Translations under genes and position numbers: made by a program
Assembly: GCA_036170915.1 (NCBI GenBank)
Contig: JAVHQC010000011.1
Location: 121,215-185,214 of the forward strand
Source of the DNA: Cyanobacteria bacterium auto_48_18
GTDB taxonomy: Bacteria; Cyanobacteriota; Vampirovibrionia; Obscuribacterales; Obscuribacteraceae
Direction of reading: 5' to 3'
DNA length: 64,000 bases
The notes under the pieces: model-generated
What the model saw: only the letters and a program-made list of their open reading frames with translations
Database searches by the model: none
What the model was told of the DNA's origin: nothing
Shown here: piece after piece, positions 27,881 through 36,848 of the stretch
Numbering within the stretch: position 1 is the first letter of the stretch
How the letters are laid out: each line of letters starts with the position of its first letter

Positions 27881-30800
27881 TTAATTGGTGGGGCTTTTAG
27901 CCTTTCGAGCCAGCTTAAAGACCACGGGCACAAAGAACAATGTGAACAGTGTGGCAAAACTCAGACCGCCAATAACGGCCCGGCCCAGTGGCGCATTTTG
28001 CTCACCGCCCTCACCCAGGCCAAGCGACATTGGTAACATGCCTACAATCATGGCGATAGCAGTCATCATCACCGGCCGCAAGCGCGTTTTTCCCGCCTCC
28101 AGGGCGGCTTCGTGAGAGTTCATGCCCTCAAACCGCTTCTCGTTGGCAAAAGTTACCATAAGGATACTATTGGCCGTGGCCACACCAATGCTCATAATGG
28201 CGCCCATTAGTGAGGGCACATTAAAAGTGGTGCTCGTGAGAAAAAGCATCCAGACGATGCCGGCAACCGCGCCCGGTAAAGCCATAATGATAATCAGCGG
28301 GTCAGACCAGCTCTGGAAATTCACCACCATGAGCAGATAAACCAAGACAATCGCTCCGACAAAACCCAGGCCCAGTCTAAGAAAAGCATTGTCCATACTT
28401 TCTACCAGCCCGCGCATGATGATTTGATTGCCAGGAAGCATTTTTGATTGATACTGATCCAAAATTTTGTGCACATCTTGGGAGACGCCACCTAGATCAC
28501 GTGATTGTACATTGGCGTAGATATCGTAAACCGGCTGCACATTAAAGTGATTGACCACACCGACACTGGTGGCCCGTTCTATTGAAGCCACGTTTCCGAG
28601 CAACACGGCTTGTTTGGTCATTGAGCTCGATAGCGGTGTTTTAAGAATGGCTTCCACAGAGTTGACTTTGTGCTGAGGTATTTGAATAGCAAGAAAGTAA
28701 GGAATGCCAAAAACAGGATCGATCCAGTAGTTGGGAGTGACTTGCGTATTGGAGCTCAGTGATACCAGCACATCGTTAGCCACGTTTACTTGAGTGAGGC
28801 CTACTTTGGCTGCAAGAGTACGATCAACGTTGAGCTTAAGTTGCGGTGAATCTACTTCCTGGTGCAAATGCACATCGACAGCCCCGGCTACTTTAGACAC
28901 TTTTTCTAGAATCTCTCTAGCTATTTTTAAGTTTTCTTCGCGTTTGTAACCGGCCACGCGAATATCAATTGGCGCAGGCAAACCAAAATTAAGAATCTGG
29001 CTGACAATATCTGCTGGTTGGAAATAGAAAGTCATCAGAGGGAATTTTTCATTTAGCGCCACTCTGACTCTTTTCATATATTCAGGTGTACTGTGGCTTC
29101 TGTGGTGTTTGAGTGAGACTAACACTTCACCATCAGCAGTGCCTATGGTGGCACTGTCGCCAAAGGCAAGGTTGAAATTTTCGGAAGGCACGCCGATATT
29201 GTCAATGAGAAGGGCAATTTCTTCGGGCGGAATGACATTTTTAATTTCGCTCTCAACTGCGCTGAATAATTTTTCTGTTTCTTCAATGCGAGTGCCACTC
29301 GGAGCTTTGACGTGCAGCCTGAACTGGCCTGCGTCAACAATAGGGAAGAAGTCGCGACCAACAAATGGAAACAAGGCAATTCCGCTGAGTAAGATAAAGA
29401 CTGCCAAAGTGATAATAGCCAGTGGTTGATTTAGCGCCCATGCCAATAACACCAAATATGAGTCACGCAGTTTGTCAAAAAGTTGGTTAAAACGATCGTG
29501 AATTTTGGCAAAGATATTTTTGGTTGCATTGCCATTTTTGTGCTGCAAAAGCTCTGCCGCCAGCATATGTTCTACCATCACCGGCACCAAAGTACGCGAC
29601 AGTATGTACGAGGCAAAAACGGCAAAAACTACTGCCAGAGCAAATGGCACAAATAAATAGCGGGCGGGGCCCTCAAGCATTACTACAGGAATAAAGACAA
29701 TACAAATTGCCAGAGTTGCAACAAATGCGGGGGCGGCAATTTGTTCTGCACCGTCTAGAATGGCTTGCCGCAGGGGTTTGCCCATAGCCAGGTTGCGGTG
29801 AATATTTTCTATTTCCACAGTGGCATCGTCGACCAGAATGCCTATGGCCAGGGCCAGGCCGCCTAAGGTCATAATGTTGAGTGAGTAACCCATAGCGGTA
29901 AGCACTGCGATGGAGGTGAGAATAGACAGAGGAATGGAGACCAGTACGATAAAAGTACTGCGCCAGCTGCCCAGAAAGAGCAAAATCATGGTGCCTGTTA
30001 AACAGGCGGCAATGATGCCTTCTTCAACGACATTTTCTACCGCAGCACGAACAAATATAGATTGATCAAAAAGTGCATCGATTTTCAGACCTGGAGGCGC
30101 GGCAGCTTGAAGATTTGGCACCAGATTTTTGATTTGATTGACTACGTCTAAAGTTGAAACGTTGCCGTTTTTCAAAATTGTCAGCAGCACAGAACGGGAG
30201 CCGTCTGAGCGCACGATGTTTTGCTGGACAGAGTTGCCGTCGCGAATATGAGCGACATCTCGTATATAAATGACTTTGCCGTCAATTACTTTTATCGGAA
30301 TGTCATTGAGCATTTCTAACAACCGCGGCGAGTTATTGAGACCGACGCGATAATCAATGGCTCCGATTTTCGCTTTGCCTGACGGTAAAACTAAATTTTG
30401 CGTGTTTATGGCGTCATTTACGTCTCTAGCTGAAAGACCCTTTGCTTGCAATGCTACGGGATCGATATCGATCATTATTTGTCTAACTTTGCCGCCATAC
30501 GGTGCTGGCAATGTAGTGCCCTGCACCACAGCCAGTGCCTGTCTGACTCTGAAAATACCATAGTCATATAATTGTGCTTCGGACAGAGTTTTACTGCTCA
30601 ATGAAAGTTGAATAATTGGTACAGAAGAGGCGGTGTAACGCAGAATGATCGGCGGTTGTACACCAACGGGCATGCGTTTCAAAATTGCTTGTGAGACCGC
30701 TGTGGCCTGTGCCAGAGCTGTTTCTATTTTTGCACCTGGGTGAAAATACAGACGAATCAGACCGACGCCGTCTAGAGTTTGTGACTCCATTGATTTAACG

Positions 30801-31030
30801 TCGTTGACGTTGGCTGAAAGAGCATATTCGCTATAGACAGTGATGCGCTTTTCAAATTCATCTGCCGGTAAACCTGTGTATGTCCAGATAATACTGATCA
30901 CTGGAATGTCGATATTTGGAAAAATGTCCACCGCGGTATTCTTTATTGAGACTACGCCCATGATCAAAATCAATACTGCCATCACCACAAATGTGTAAGG
31001 GCGTTTGAGCGCCAGTTCGACAATCCACAT
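27881..31030 (-). CDS. RND efflux permease (AcrB/AcrD/AcrF family)
   Basis: 1049 aa; GILVDDATVEIEN, RLRPVMMT, PLGRAVIGG. Confidence 0.97.
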   Translation of the reverse strand: MWIVELALKRPYTFVVMAVLILIMGVVSIKNTAVDIFPNIDIPVISIIWTYTGLPADEFEKRITVYSEYALSANVNDVKSMESQTLDGVGLIRLYFHPGAKIETALAQATAVSQAILKRMPVGVQPPIILRYTASSVPIIQLSLSSKTLSEAQLYDYGIFRVRQALAVVQGTTLPAPYGGKVRQIMIDIDPVALQAKGLSARDVNDAINTQNLVLPSGKAKIGAIDYRVGLNNSPRLLEMLNDIPIKVIDGKVIYIRDVAHIRDGNSVQQNIVRSDGSRSVLLTILKNGNVSTLDVVNQIKNLVPNLQAAAPPGLKIDALFDQSIFVRAAVENVVEEGIIAACLTGTMILLFLGSWRSTFIVLVSIPLSILTSIAVLTAMGYSLNIMTLGGLALAIGILVDDATVEIENIHRNLAMGKPLRQAILDGAEQIAAPAFVATLAICIVFIPVVMLEGPARYLFVPFALAVVFAVFASYILSRTLVPVMVEHMLAAELLQHKNGNATKNIFAKIHDRFNQLFDKLRDSYLVLLAWALNQPLAIITLAVFILLSGIALFPFVGRDFFPIVDAGQFRLHVKAPSGTRIEETEKLFSAVESEIKNVIPPEEIALLIDNIGVPSENFNLAFGDSATIGTADGEVLVSLKHHRSHSTPEYMKRVRVALNEKFPLMTFYFQPADIVSQILNFGLPAPIDIRVAGYKREENLKIAREILEKVSKVAGAVDVHLHQEVDSPQLKLNVDRTLAAKVGLTQVNVANDVLVSLSSNTQVTPNYWIDPVFGIPYFLAIQIPQHKVNSVEAILKTPLSSSMTKQAVLLGNVASIERATSVGVVNHFNVQPVYDIYANVQSRDLGGVSQDVHKILDQYQSKMLPGNQIIMRGLVESMDNAFLRLGLGFVGAIVLVYLLMVVNFQSWSDPLIIIMALPGAVAGIVWMLFLTSTTFNVPSLMGAIMSIGVATANSILMVTFANEKRFEGMNSHEAALEAGKTRLRPVMMTAIAMIVGMLPMSLGLGEGGEQNAPLGRAVIGGLSFATLFTLFFVPVVFKLARKAKSPTN

Positions 31031-31087
31031 TATTTGGCGATTTCCTTTTTATTCAGCAGTCGTATATATTGAACAAACATTGTTGCC

Positions 31088-31117
31088 ATATTAGACCGGT
31101 CGTCTACCTTCTGTCAA
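31088..31117 (-). promoter_or_regulatory. Sigma70 promoter with an embedded TetR-type operator, copy 3
   Basis: TTGACA-GAAGG-TAGACGACCGGTC-TAATAT (18-nt spacer). Confidence 0.85.
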
Positions 31118-31148
31118 CCCTTATGTTCTTTCAGGTTTACATCTTTCT

Positions 31149-32003
31149 ATGAGCACTATTCTTGTAATCGGCTGCGTTTCGTTCGACACTGTGCATCTCG
31201 ACCACTCAGGCTCGCGTCAGAGTCATAAAACCATTGGAGGTGCTGCGCTGTACACTGCCCTGGCAGCAGTACGTGTGGGTGCCGAAGTTACACTGTACGC
31301 TCCTAAGCCTTCGCCTTTGCCTGAGTCGCTTGCAGCTGTCGATGCGATTTTAAATTGGATTGGACCTCAAATAACGGTTGATGAAATGCCTACTTTAGAG
31401 ATTGTGCACCACGGCAACGATCGCGCCACTTTACTTGGAGCTTCATGGGGCGCTGAAAGTTCACTGACCCCAGACGATTTGAAAACTCTTGTCACTGACA
31501 CTCATTTTGACATTGCTCACGTGGCCGCATTAAGCACCACGACTAAACAACTAAATTTTGTTCGTTCGCTTCAGGGCGTTAAGCTCAATCAAGTGATTTC
31601 AGCAGGCACCTACGCCCGGGCCATCGAGGCGGACGCGCCGGCAGTAATAGAATTAGTAGGTAGTGTTGATGCATTCTTTATGAACAGTAATGAAGCGAGA
31701 ATGCTTTATGGTGAAGAAAAAGTTGTGCCGAAAGAATATCAGCTGATCTTTGTCACTGATGGTGCCCGTGGTGCCGATGTTTATTTATCTCATGAGCCTG
31801 AGCTTGAGCCTCAGCATATTGATGCCGAGCAGGTAGAAGTGGTCGACCCTACTGGTGCAGGCGACTCTTTTTGTGGAGCTACTCTGGCCGGGCTTACTCT
31901 TTATGTTAGCCCTGTGGCCGCTGCTCAGGTGGGCACGCTGGTAGCGTCTAAAAGTATTGAGTACGTGGGGCCGGAAATTTTCTTTATTGAAGATGATATG
32001 TAA
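31149..32003 (+). CDS. PfkB-family carbohydrate/nucleoside kinase
   Basis: GGAA, NSNEA, VTDGARG, DPTGAGDSF. Confidence 0.93.
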   Translation: MSTILVIGCVSFDTVHLDHSGSRQSHKTIGGAALYTALAAVRVGAEVTLYAPKPSPLPESLAAVDAILNWIGPQITVDEMPTLEIVHHGNDRATLLGASWGAESSLTPDDLKTLVTDTHFDIAHVAALSTTTKQLNFVRSLQGVKLNQVISAGTYARAIEADAPAVIELVGSVDAFFMNSNEARMLYGEEKVVPKEYQLIFVTDGARGADVYLSHEPELEPQHIDAEQVEVVDPTGAGDSFCGATLAGLTLYVSPVAAAQVGTLVASKSIEYVGPEIFFIEDDM

Positions 32004-32046
32004 TTTTGATTAGAACCTTGGCAGTGGGTCGTGAAAACCAGATGCA

Positions 32047-32085
32047 AAAACGCAGAGAAATATTGCACAAATTTCTCTGCGTTTT
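32047..32085. terminator. Bidirectional intrinsic terminator
   Basis: AAAACGCAGAGAAAT-N9-ATTTCTCTGCGTTTT between convergent genes. Confidence 0.8.
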
Positions 32086-32128
32086 GGATCGTCACTAAAG
32101 AGAAGGCCACGCAACCCGCTCGAAAGAA

Positions 32129-32740
32129 CTACTTTTTATGTGCTTTCTCATATTTCGCCCGGTCATCGCGCAGCGTTTTCAAAAGGCCAAGCAAATTTGA
32201 GTTTGCCGGAGTATCTGATTTTTGATAGTGAAAATTGGTGAAAACAAAATTGCCGTTGCTGTAAATCAGCTCTGGTGTCACCGCGGGTTCTTTGGCATTT
32301 TTATTTTCCGTATAATCAAACATAGGTACCATGTAGCTGGCACCTTTAGTAACTACAGCTCCGGCAACTAGTTTATTAGCATCGCTCTGGGTGGCTAGAA
32401 TCGGGTCAAAATCCAGACCGACAATATCGTCTTTAACTTTGGCCGAAGCCGCAGAATCTTCCTTCAATCGTTTGGCTAATTCGGTGCTGAATGCGCTGGC
32501 CTTGATCGTCCAAATTTGGTCCAGTGAAACCGGTCCCGACTTCCGGTTCATTTGAACCACATACCAGTCATAAAACTTTTGCACAAAATCGCGGCACGAT
32601 TTAGTATTGTTCGCTATTGTCGACTTTGCAGAAACTTCAGGGCTTTTTGCTTCTGCGGCACCACCAGCACCGGAAGCATCGGCAGAAAAAGCAGCGTATG
32701 CCACAACTATAAGTGCTACTGCCAGAGTTTTGATTCTCAT
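32129..32740 (-). CDS. Exported DUF3828/YbjP-like protein
   Basis: Signal peptide; FVQKFYDWY; LDFDPILATQ. Confidence 0.65.
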   Translation of the reverse strand: MRIKTLAVALIVVAYAAFSADASGAGGAAEAKSPEVSAKSTIANNTKSCRDFVQKFYDWYVVQMNRKSGPVSLDQIWTIKASAFSTELAKRLKEDSAASAKVKDDIVGLDFDPILATQSDANKLVAGAVVTKGASYMVPMFDYTENKNAKEPAVTPELIYSNGNFVFTNFHYQKSDTPANSNLLGLLKTLRDDRAKYEKAHKK

Positions 32741-32768
32741 TGATTTACTCCGTTATCAGTTTTCAAAA

Positions 32769-33833
32769 TTATTGCATTTCGATGTGGCCGTTGTATTTAA
32801 GCCAGAATAGAAGCCCGCCTGAGACGCAGAACATCAGAGCGAGGCAAAAGTAATAACCAAATGGTGCGTGCACTTCTGGAATGATAAAATTCATTCCGTA
32901 AATGCCGGCGATTAAACTTGGTGGCAAAAAGAGCGTGGCAATCATAGTCAAAATTGTGGTGGTGCGGTTGGTGCGCAGGCTGAGGCCTGAAACATAGACG
33001 TCCATTAAGTTGTAAGACATGGCCCTGTAGGTCTCGAATAGTCGAATCACAGCATTTGTTTCGTCTTGGCGAAAAGCAATGTGCTGTTTGCCGACTTCTG
33101 TCATTAGCGGGTTGTTAGAACGCTGAAGAGCGAGCAAAACAGTCTCCACCGGCCAGACTTGATTTAGATAAATCCAAATGACTTGCTGGGCGCGATTGAT
33201 TAGCTCAAGCTCTTGTTTGCCAGGGTTGAGAATAATTTTGTTTTGTATCTCTTCCAGTCTGTTGCCACCAAGTTTGAGCAATTCCACATAACTGTTAATG
33301 GTGTCTTCAATCAGTGTGGCCGCCAGTCTGTCTACACCAATATTGCTGAAGTGCTCTCCTTTTTCCATTAGTTTGTGGCTGACAAAGGCAAAGGCACTAT
33401 CATGGCTGAACTGGCGTGTCACCAGTACTTTATCGGCCATAAAAAAGTTGATTGTTTCGATAGCGTCTACCTGATTGCTGATAGATGGCCTGGCTAGTGA
33501 CCAGAACATTCCATTGTGAAAATCTTCAAAAAATGAATCTGCATGCGGGCTGCGAATCAATTTCATTTGTTCGTCAGTCAGATCAAGAAAATCGTAAAGG
33601 TGCTTCCAGAACTCGTCACCAAGGGTGCCCGATAAGTGCAACCAGATCACGTCTTTATTTTGCCGCTTTTGTTCAAGGTCTGAAAAATCAAAAAATCCAG
33701 CTTCAACCAGGCCTTCTTGATCGAGACAAAAGAGCTTAATTCGCAGCTCTAAAGAATCGGGCAGGCATGGCACCATGGTTAAAGTGGTTGGCGAAAATGT
33801 CAATCTTCCCCGGTTAAAAGGCAATTCCTTCAT
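32769..33833 (-). CDS. corA: CorA-family Mg/Co transporter
   Basis: YGMNF signature between two C-terminal TMs. Confidence 0.92.
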   Translation of the reverse strand: MKELPFNRGRLTFSPTTLTMVPCLPDSLELRIKLFCLDQEGLVEAGFFDFSDLEQKRQNKDVIWLHLSGTLGDEFWKHLYDFLDLTDEQMKLIRSPHADSFFEDFHNGMFWSLARPSISNQVDAIETINFFMADKVLVTRQFSHDSAFAFVSHKLMEKGEHFSNIGVDRLAATLIEDTINSYVELLKLGGNRLEEIQNKIILNPGKQELELINRAQQVIWIYLNQVWPVETVLLALQRSNNPLMTEVGKQHIAFRQDETNAVIRLFETYRAMSYNLMDVYVSGLSLRTNRTTTILTMIATLFLPPSLIAGIYGMNFIIPEVHAPFGYYFCLALMFCVSGGLLFWLKYNGHIEMQ

Positions 33834-33910
33834 GCGGTCCTCGTTCGACTAACTTACTGGTCTATCATCGCAGCATTTTGCCTTCTGCCCATCTATTACA
33901 GGAGAGAAAT

Positions 33911-33937
33911 GGAACGATTCAGAAATTTTGCCGTCAA
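33911..33937 (+). promoter_or_regulatory. ECF-type promoter
   Basis: GGAAC-N17-GTCAA. Confidence 0.7.
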
Positions 33938-33986
33938 TTTGTCTCAAGTAGGCGACAGCGCGAGTATAGAAGGCGGAGTAGCATAG

Positions 33987-35678
33987 ATGGCGACAAAACT
34001 AAGCCCTGATAATCTAAAGCGATACAGGGATATTACTTGGCTTCTATTGAAGTATGGCAACTCAGACCTGGTCAAGCATGCCGGTAATTTAGACGATGCT
34101 CTTGGCATTGATGGAGATGCTGCTGCTCCTGAAACTCCCGCAAAGGCCCACGAGCTGGCCGATGATTTAGAGAAATTGGGTCCGGCATTTGTCAAGTTGG
34201 GTCAGGTGCTTTCTACACGACCAGATTTTTTGCCGCCGGCATACATCGAAGCGCTTTCGCGTTTGCAAGATAATTGCGAACCAGTTTCTTTTGCCGAAAT
34301 AGAGCGCGTAGTAGTAAGTGAGTTGGGTGTGCGCATATCTAAAGCTTTTTCTGAATTCAATCAGGTGCCTGTGGCCGCTGCCTCACTGGGGCAAATTCAC
34401 CATGCTTTAATGCGCGATGGCCGGGCAGTTGCGGTCAAGGTGCAGAGGCCAGGCATTCGTGAAGTTATCATTCAAGATTTGCAAATATTATCTGACGTTG
34501 CTGATTTTTATGACCAACATACCGAAGCCGGCAGACGCTATGAATATGGTTTGATGCTCGAAGAATTTCGCAAGTCGATTTTAGATGAGCTTGATTATCG
34601 TAAAGAAGCTCACAACTTAGAGACGATGAAACATAATTTGCGTGAGTTTGATTTGATAGTGGTGCCTGCTCCTATCAACGATTTCAGCACGTCGAAAGTT
34701 TTGACTATGGATTTTATACAAGGCAAAAAAATCACCAGTATCACACCACTCGAATTGCTCGAAATCGACGGAGCACCTCTCGCCGAGCAGGCTTTCGAGG
34801 CCTATCTCAAGCAGATTTTGGTCGATGGATTCTTCCACGCCGATCCTCATCCTGGCAATGTGCTGTTAACCTCCGACAAAAAAATTGGCCTTTTAGACCT
34901 GGGCATGGTGGCAAGATTGACGCCATCCATGCAAGGAAAATTGTTGCAACTGATTCTCGCCATCAGTGAAGGACGCCCTGATGCAACTGCCGATATCGCC
35001 TTTGATATCGGTACTCGCAAGCCCAATTTTGATGAGCTGTCTTGTCGTAAACAAATTGCTGACCTGGTGCAAAATCATGTGGGTTCAAGCATTGGTGAAA
35101 TGCAAATTGGCCGGGTTGTTTTGAACATCACCCGAGCAGCTGGCGACAGCGGCATTCGCGTACCGGCAGAGTTGACCATGCTCGGCAAGACACTGCTCAA
35201 TTTAGATCAAGTGGGCCGCACGTTATATCCCAATTTTGACCCCAATGCCTCTGTCAGGCGCCATGCAGCTAATATAATGCAGCAGCGAATGCTGAAAGAT
35301 ATTTCGCCTGGTCATATGTTCACCGGCATTTTAGAAGCGAAAGCCTTCGCCGAAAAATTCCCATCACATATCAATAAAATTTTAGACCTGGCGTCTAATA
35401 ACAATTTGTCCGTTAAGGTAATTGATGAGCCTTTACTGGTCGACTCATTCCAAAAAGTCGCCAACCGCATCAGCCTTTCTCTCATACTGGCTGCCTTAAT
35501 TGTGGGAGCGGCGCTGTTAATGCGTGTCTCCACCAAATTTACAATTCTCGGTTATCCCGGATTGGCTATTTTATGCTTTATAGCGGCAGCGGCCGGCGGC
35601 ATTGCCATGGCAATTCAAATTCAATTTTACGACCAGCGGCCACAAAAATTTGGCACTGACAAACCTATGCCCAAATAG
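33987..35678 (+). CDS. ABC1/UbiB/AarF atypical kinase
   Basis: FVKLGQ, AAASLGQ, AVKVQRP, HADPHPGN, DLG. Confidence 0.95.
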   Translation: MATKLSPDNLKRYRDITWLLLKYGNSDLVKHAGNLDDALGIDGDAAAPETPAKAHELADDLEKLGPAFVKLGQVLSTRPDFLPPAYIEALSRLQDNCEPVSFAEIERVVVSELGVRISKAFSEFNQVPVAAASLGQIHHALMRDGRAVAVKVQRPGIREVIIQDLQILSDVADFYDQHTEAGRRYEYGLMLEEFRKSILDELDYRKEAHNLETMKHNLREFDLIVVPAPINDFSTSKVLTMDFIQGKKITSITPLELLEIDGAPLAEQAFEAYLKQILVDGFFHADPHPGNVLLTSDKKIGLLDLGMVARLTPSMQGKLLQLILAISEGRPDATADIAFDIGTRKPNFDELSCRKQIADLVQNHVGSSIGEMQIGRVVLNITRAAGDSGIRVPAELTMLGKTLLNLDQVGRTLYPNFDPNASVRRHAANIMQQRMLKDISPGHMFTGILEAKAFAEKFPSHINKILDLASNNNLSVKVIDEPLLVDSFQKVANRISLSLILAALIVGAALLMRVSTKFTILGYPGLAILCFIAAAAGGIAMAIQIQFYDQRPQKFGTDKPMPK

Positions 35679-35695
35679 CAAATAGCTTACGGCCG

Positions 35696-35929
35696 TTAAT
35701 CGATTATGTATTCAATCCAGTATTCAGAGCGCTCTTTCCAGGCGCAAGGTTCATTGCCGCAGGTGAGCGTGACGCGTGATGCGTTAGAATCAATTTCGAT
35801 GATGTTAAAGCCATCACGCACAGCGTCTATGGTTTCAGCGTATTTTTCGAATTTCTGTATTGGTTTTTTGCACTCTGGACATATCATTTTTTTGTTGGCG
35901 ATTGCGTCTTTAATTTTCTGAAGCGACAT
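35696..35929 (-). CDS. Small zinc-ribbon-like protein
   Basis: CPEC...CGNEPC; GGGGA RBS. Confidence 0.65.
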   Translation of the reverse strand: MSLQKIKDAIANKKMICPECKKPIQKFEKYAETIDAVRDGFNIIEIDSNASRVTLTCGNEPCAWKERSEYWIEYIID

Positions 35930-36024
35930 GACATCCCCAATTTTCATACGACTTTGATAGCTTACCGCAAAGAAGTTTTCATTTCGCCCTTGGCGGCATA
36001 TTTTCCAGGTAGTAGAATCCGGAC

Positions 36025-36750
36025 ATGGCCGTTAATTCTCAAATTGAATGGACTGATGCCACCTGGAACCCGGTCACCGGTTGTACCAAGATCAGCCCAG
36101 GTTGTGGGCATTGCTATGCTGAGACATTTGCCGAGCGCTTTCGCAATGTGCCCGGGCATCCTTATCAGCAGGGCTTCGATTTGAAACTCTGGCCTGCCAG
36201 GCTGTCTTTGCCGCTCACATGGCGCAAACCCAAACGCATTTTCGTCAATTCAATGAGCGACCTTTTTCATAAAGATGTGCCAGAAGAGTACATTTTCAAA
36301 GTATTTGAAGCCATGAAAGCGGCGCACTGGCATCAGTTTCAGGTGCTGACTAAACGACACGAACGACTGGCATTGATGAGCCCGCGCCTGGAGTGGGCCG
36401 ACAACATCTGGATGGGTGTGAGCGTTGAGTCTCAAGAATATGTAGAACGCGTTGAATTTTTGCGTAAGACTGGCGCCGCTATCAAATTTCTATCAGTCGA
36501 GCCGCTATTGGGGCCCATTGAGCAAATTAACTTAAGTGGAATAGATTGGGTGATTGTTGGCGGCGAATCAGGAGGTCATGCCCGGCCCATGGCTGAGCAG
36601 TGGGTGCGCACCATGCGTGAACATTGCCAGAAGAAGGGTGTGGCTTTCTTTTTCAAGCAATGGGGCGGCGTTAATAAAAAGAAGACCGGGCGCCTGCTCG
36701 ACGGCCGTACCTGGGACGCTCTACCCGCCAGAGCCGCTGAGCTGGGGTGA
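36025..36750 (+). CDS. DUF5131 (phage Gp37/Gp68-like, radical-SAM-related) protein
   Basis: IEWTDATWNPVTGCTKISPGCGHCYA, SMSDLFH, FFKQWGG. Confidence 0.93.
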   Translation: MAVNSQIEWTDATWNPVTGCTKISPGCGHCYAETFAERFRNVPGHPYQQGFDLKLWPARLSLPLTWRKPKRIFVNSMSDLFHKDVPEEYIFKVFEAMKAAHWHQFQVLTKRHERLALMSPRLEWADNIWMGVSVESQEYVERVEFLRKTGAAIKFLSVEPLLGPIEQINLSGIDWVIVGGESGGHARPMAEQWVRTMREHCQKKGVAFFFKQWGGVNKKKTGRLLDGRTWDALPARAAELG

Positions 36751-36799
36751 TCAGGCAGGGAAAAATTTCAAAATCTTTGATCGCCCGCTGGGGTTAGTT

Positions 36800-36831
36800 T
36801 CACGTCTTATTCACGTGCCATTGTTTATATT
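36800..36831 (+). promoter_or_regulatory. TCACG direct-repeat box plus -10, copy 2
   Basis: TCACG-TCTTAT-TCACG-N10-TATATT. Confidence 0.5.
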
Positions 36832-36848
36832 AACTTCCTGCAATACAA

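Noticed and set aside
36025..36750. Prophage
   Set aside because: Only one phage-associated family; no structural, integrase or replication genes
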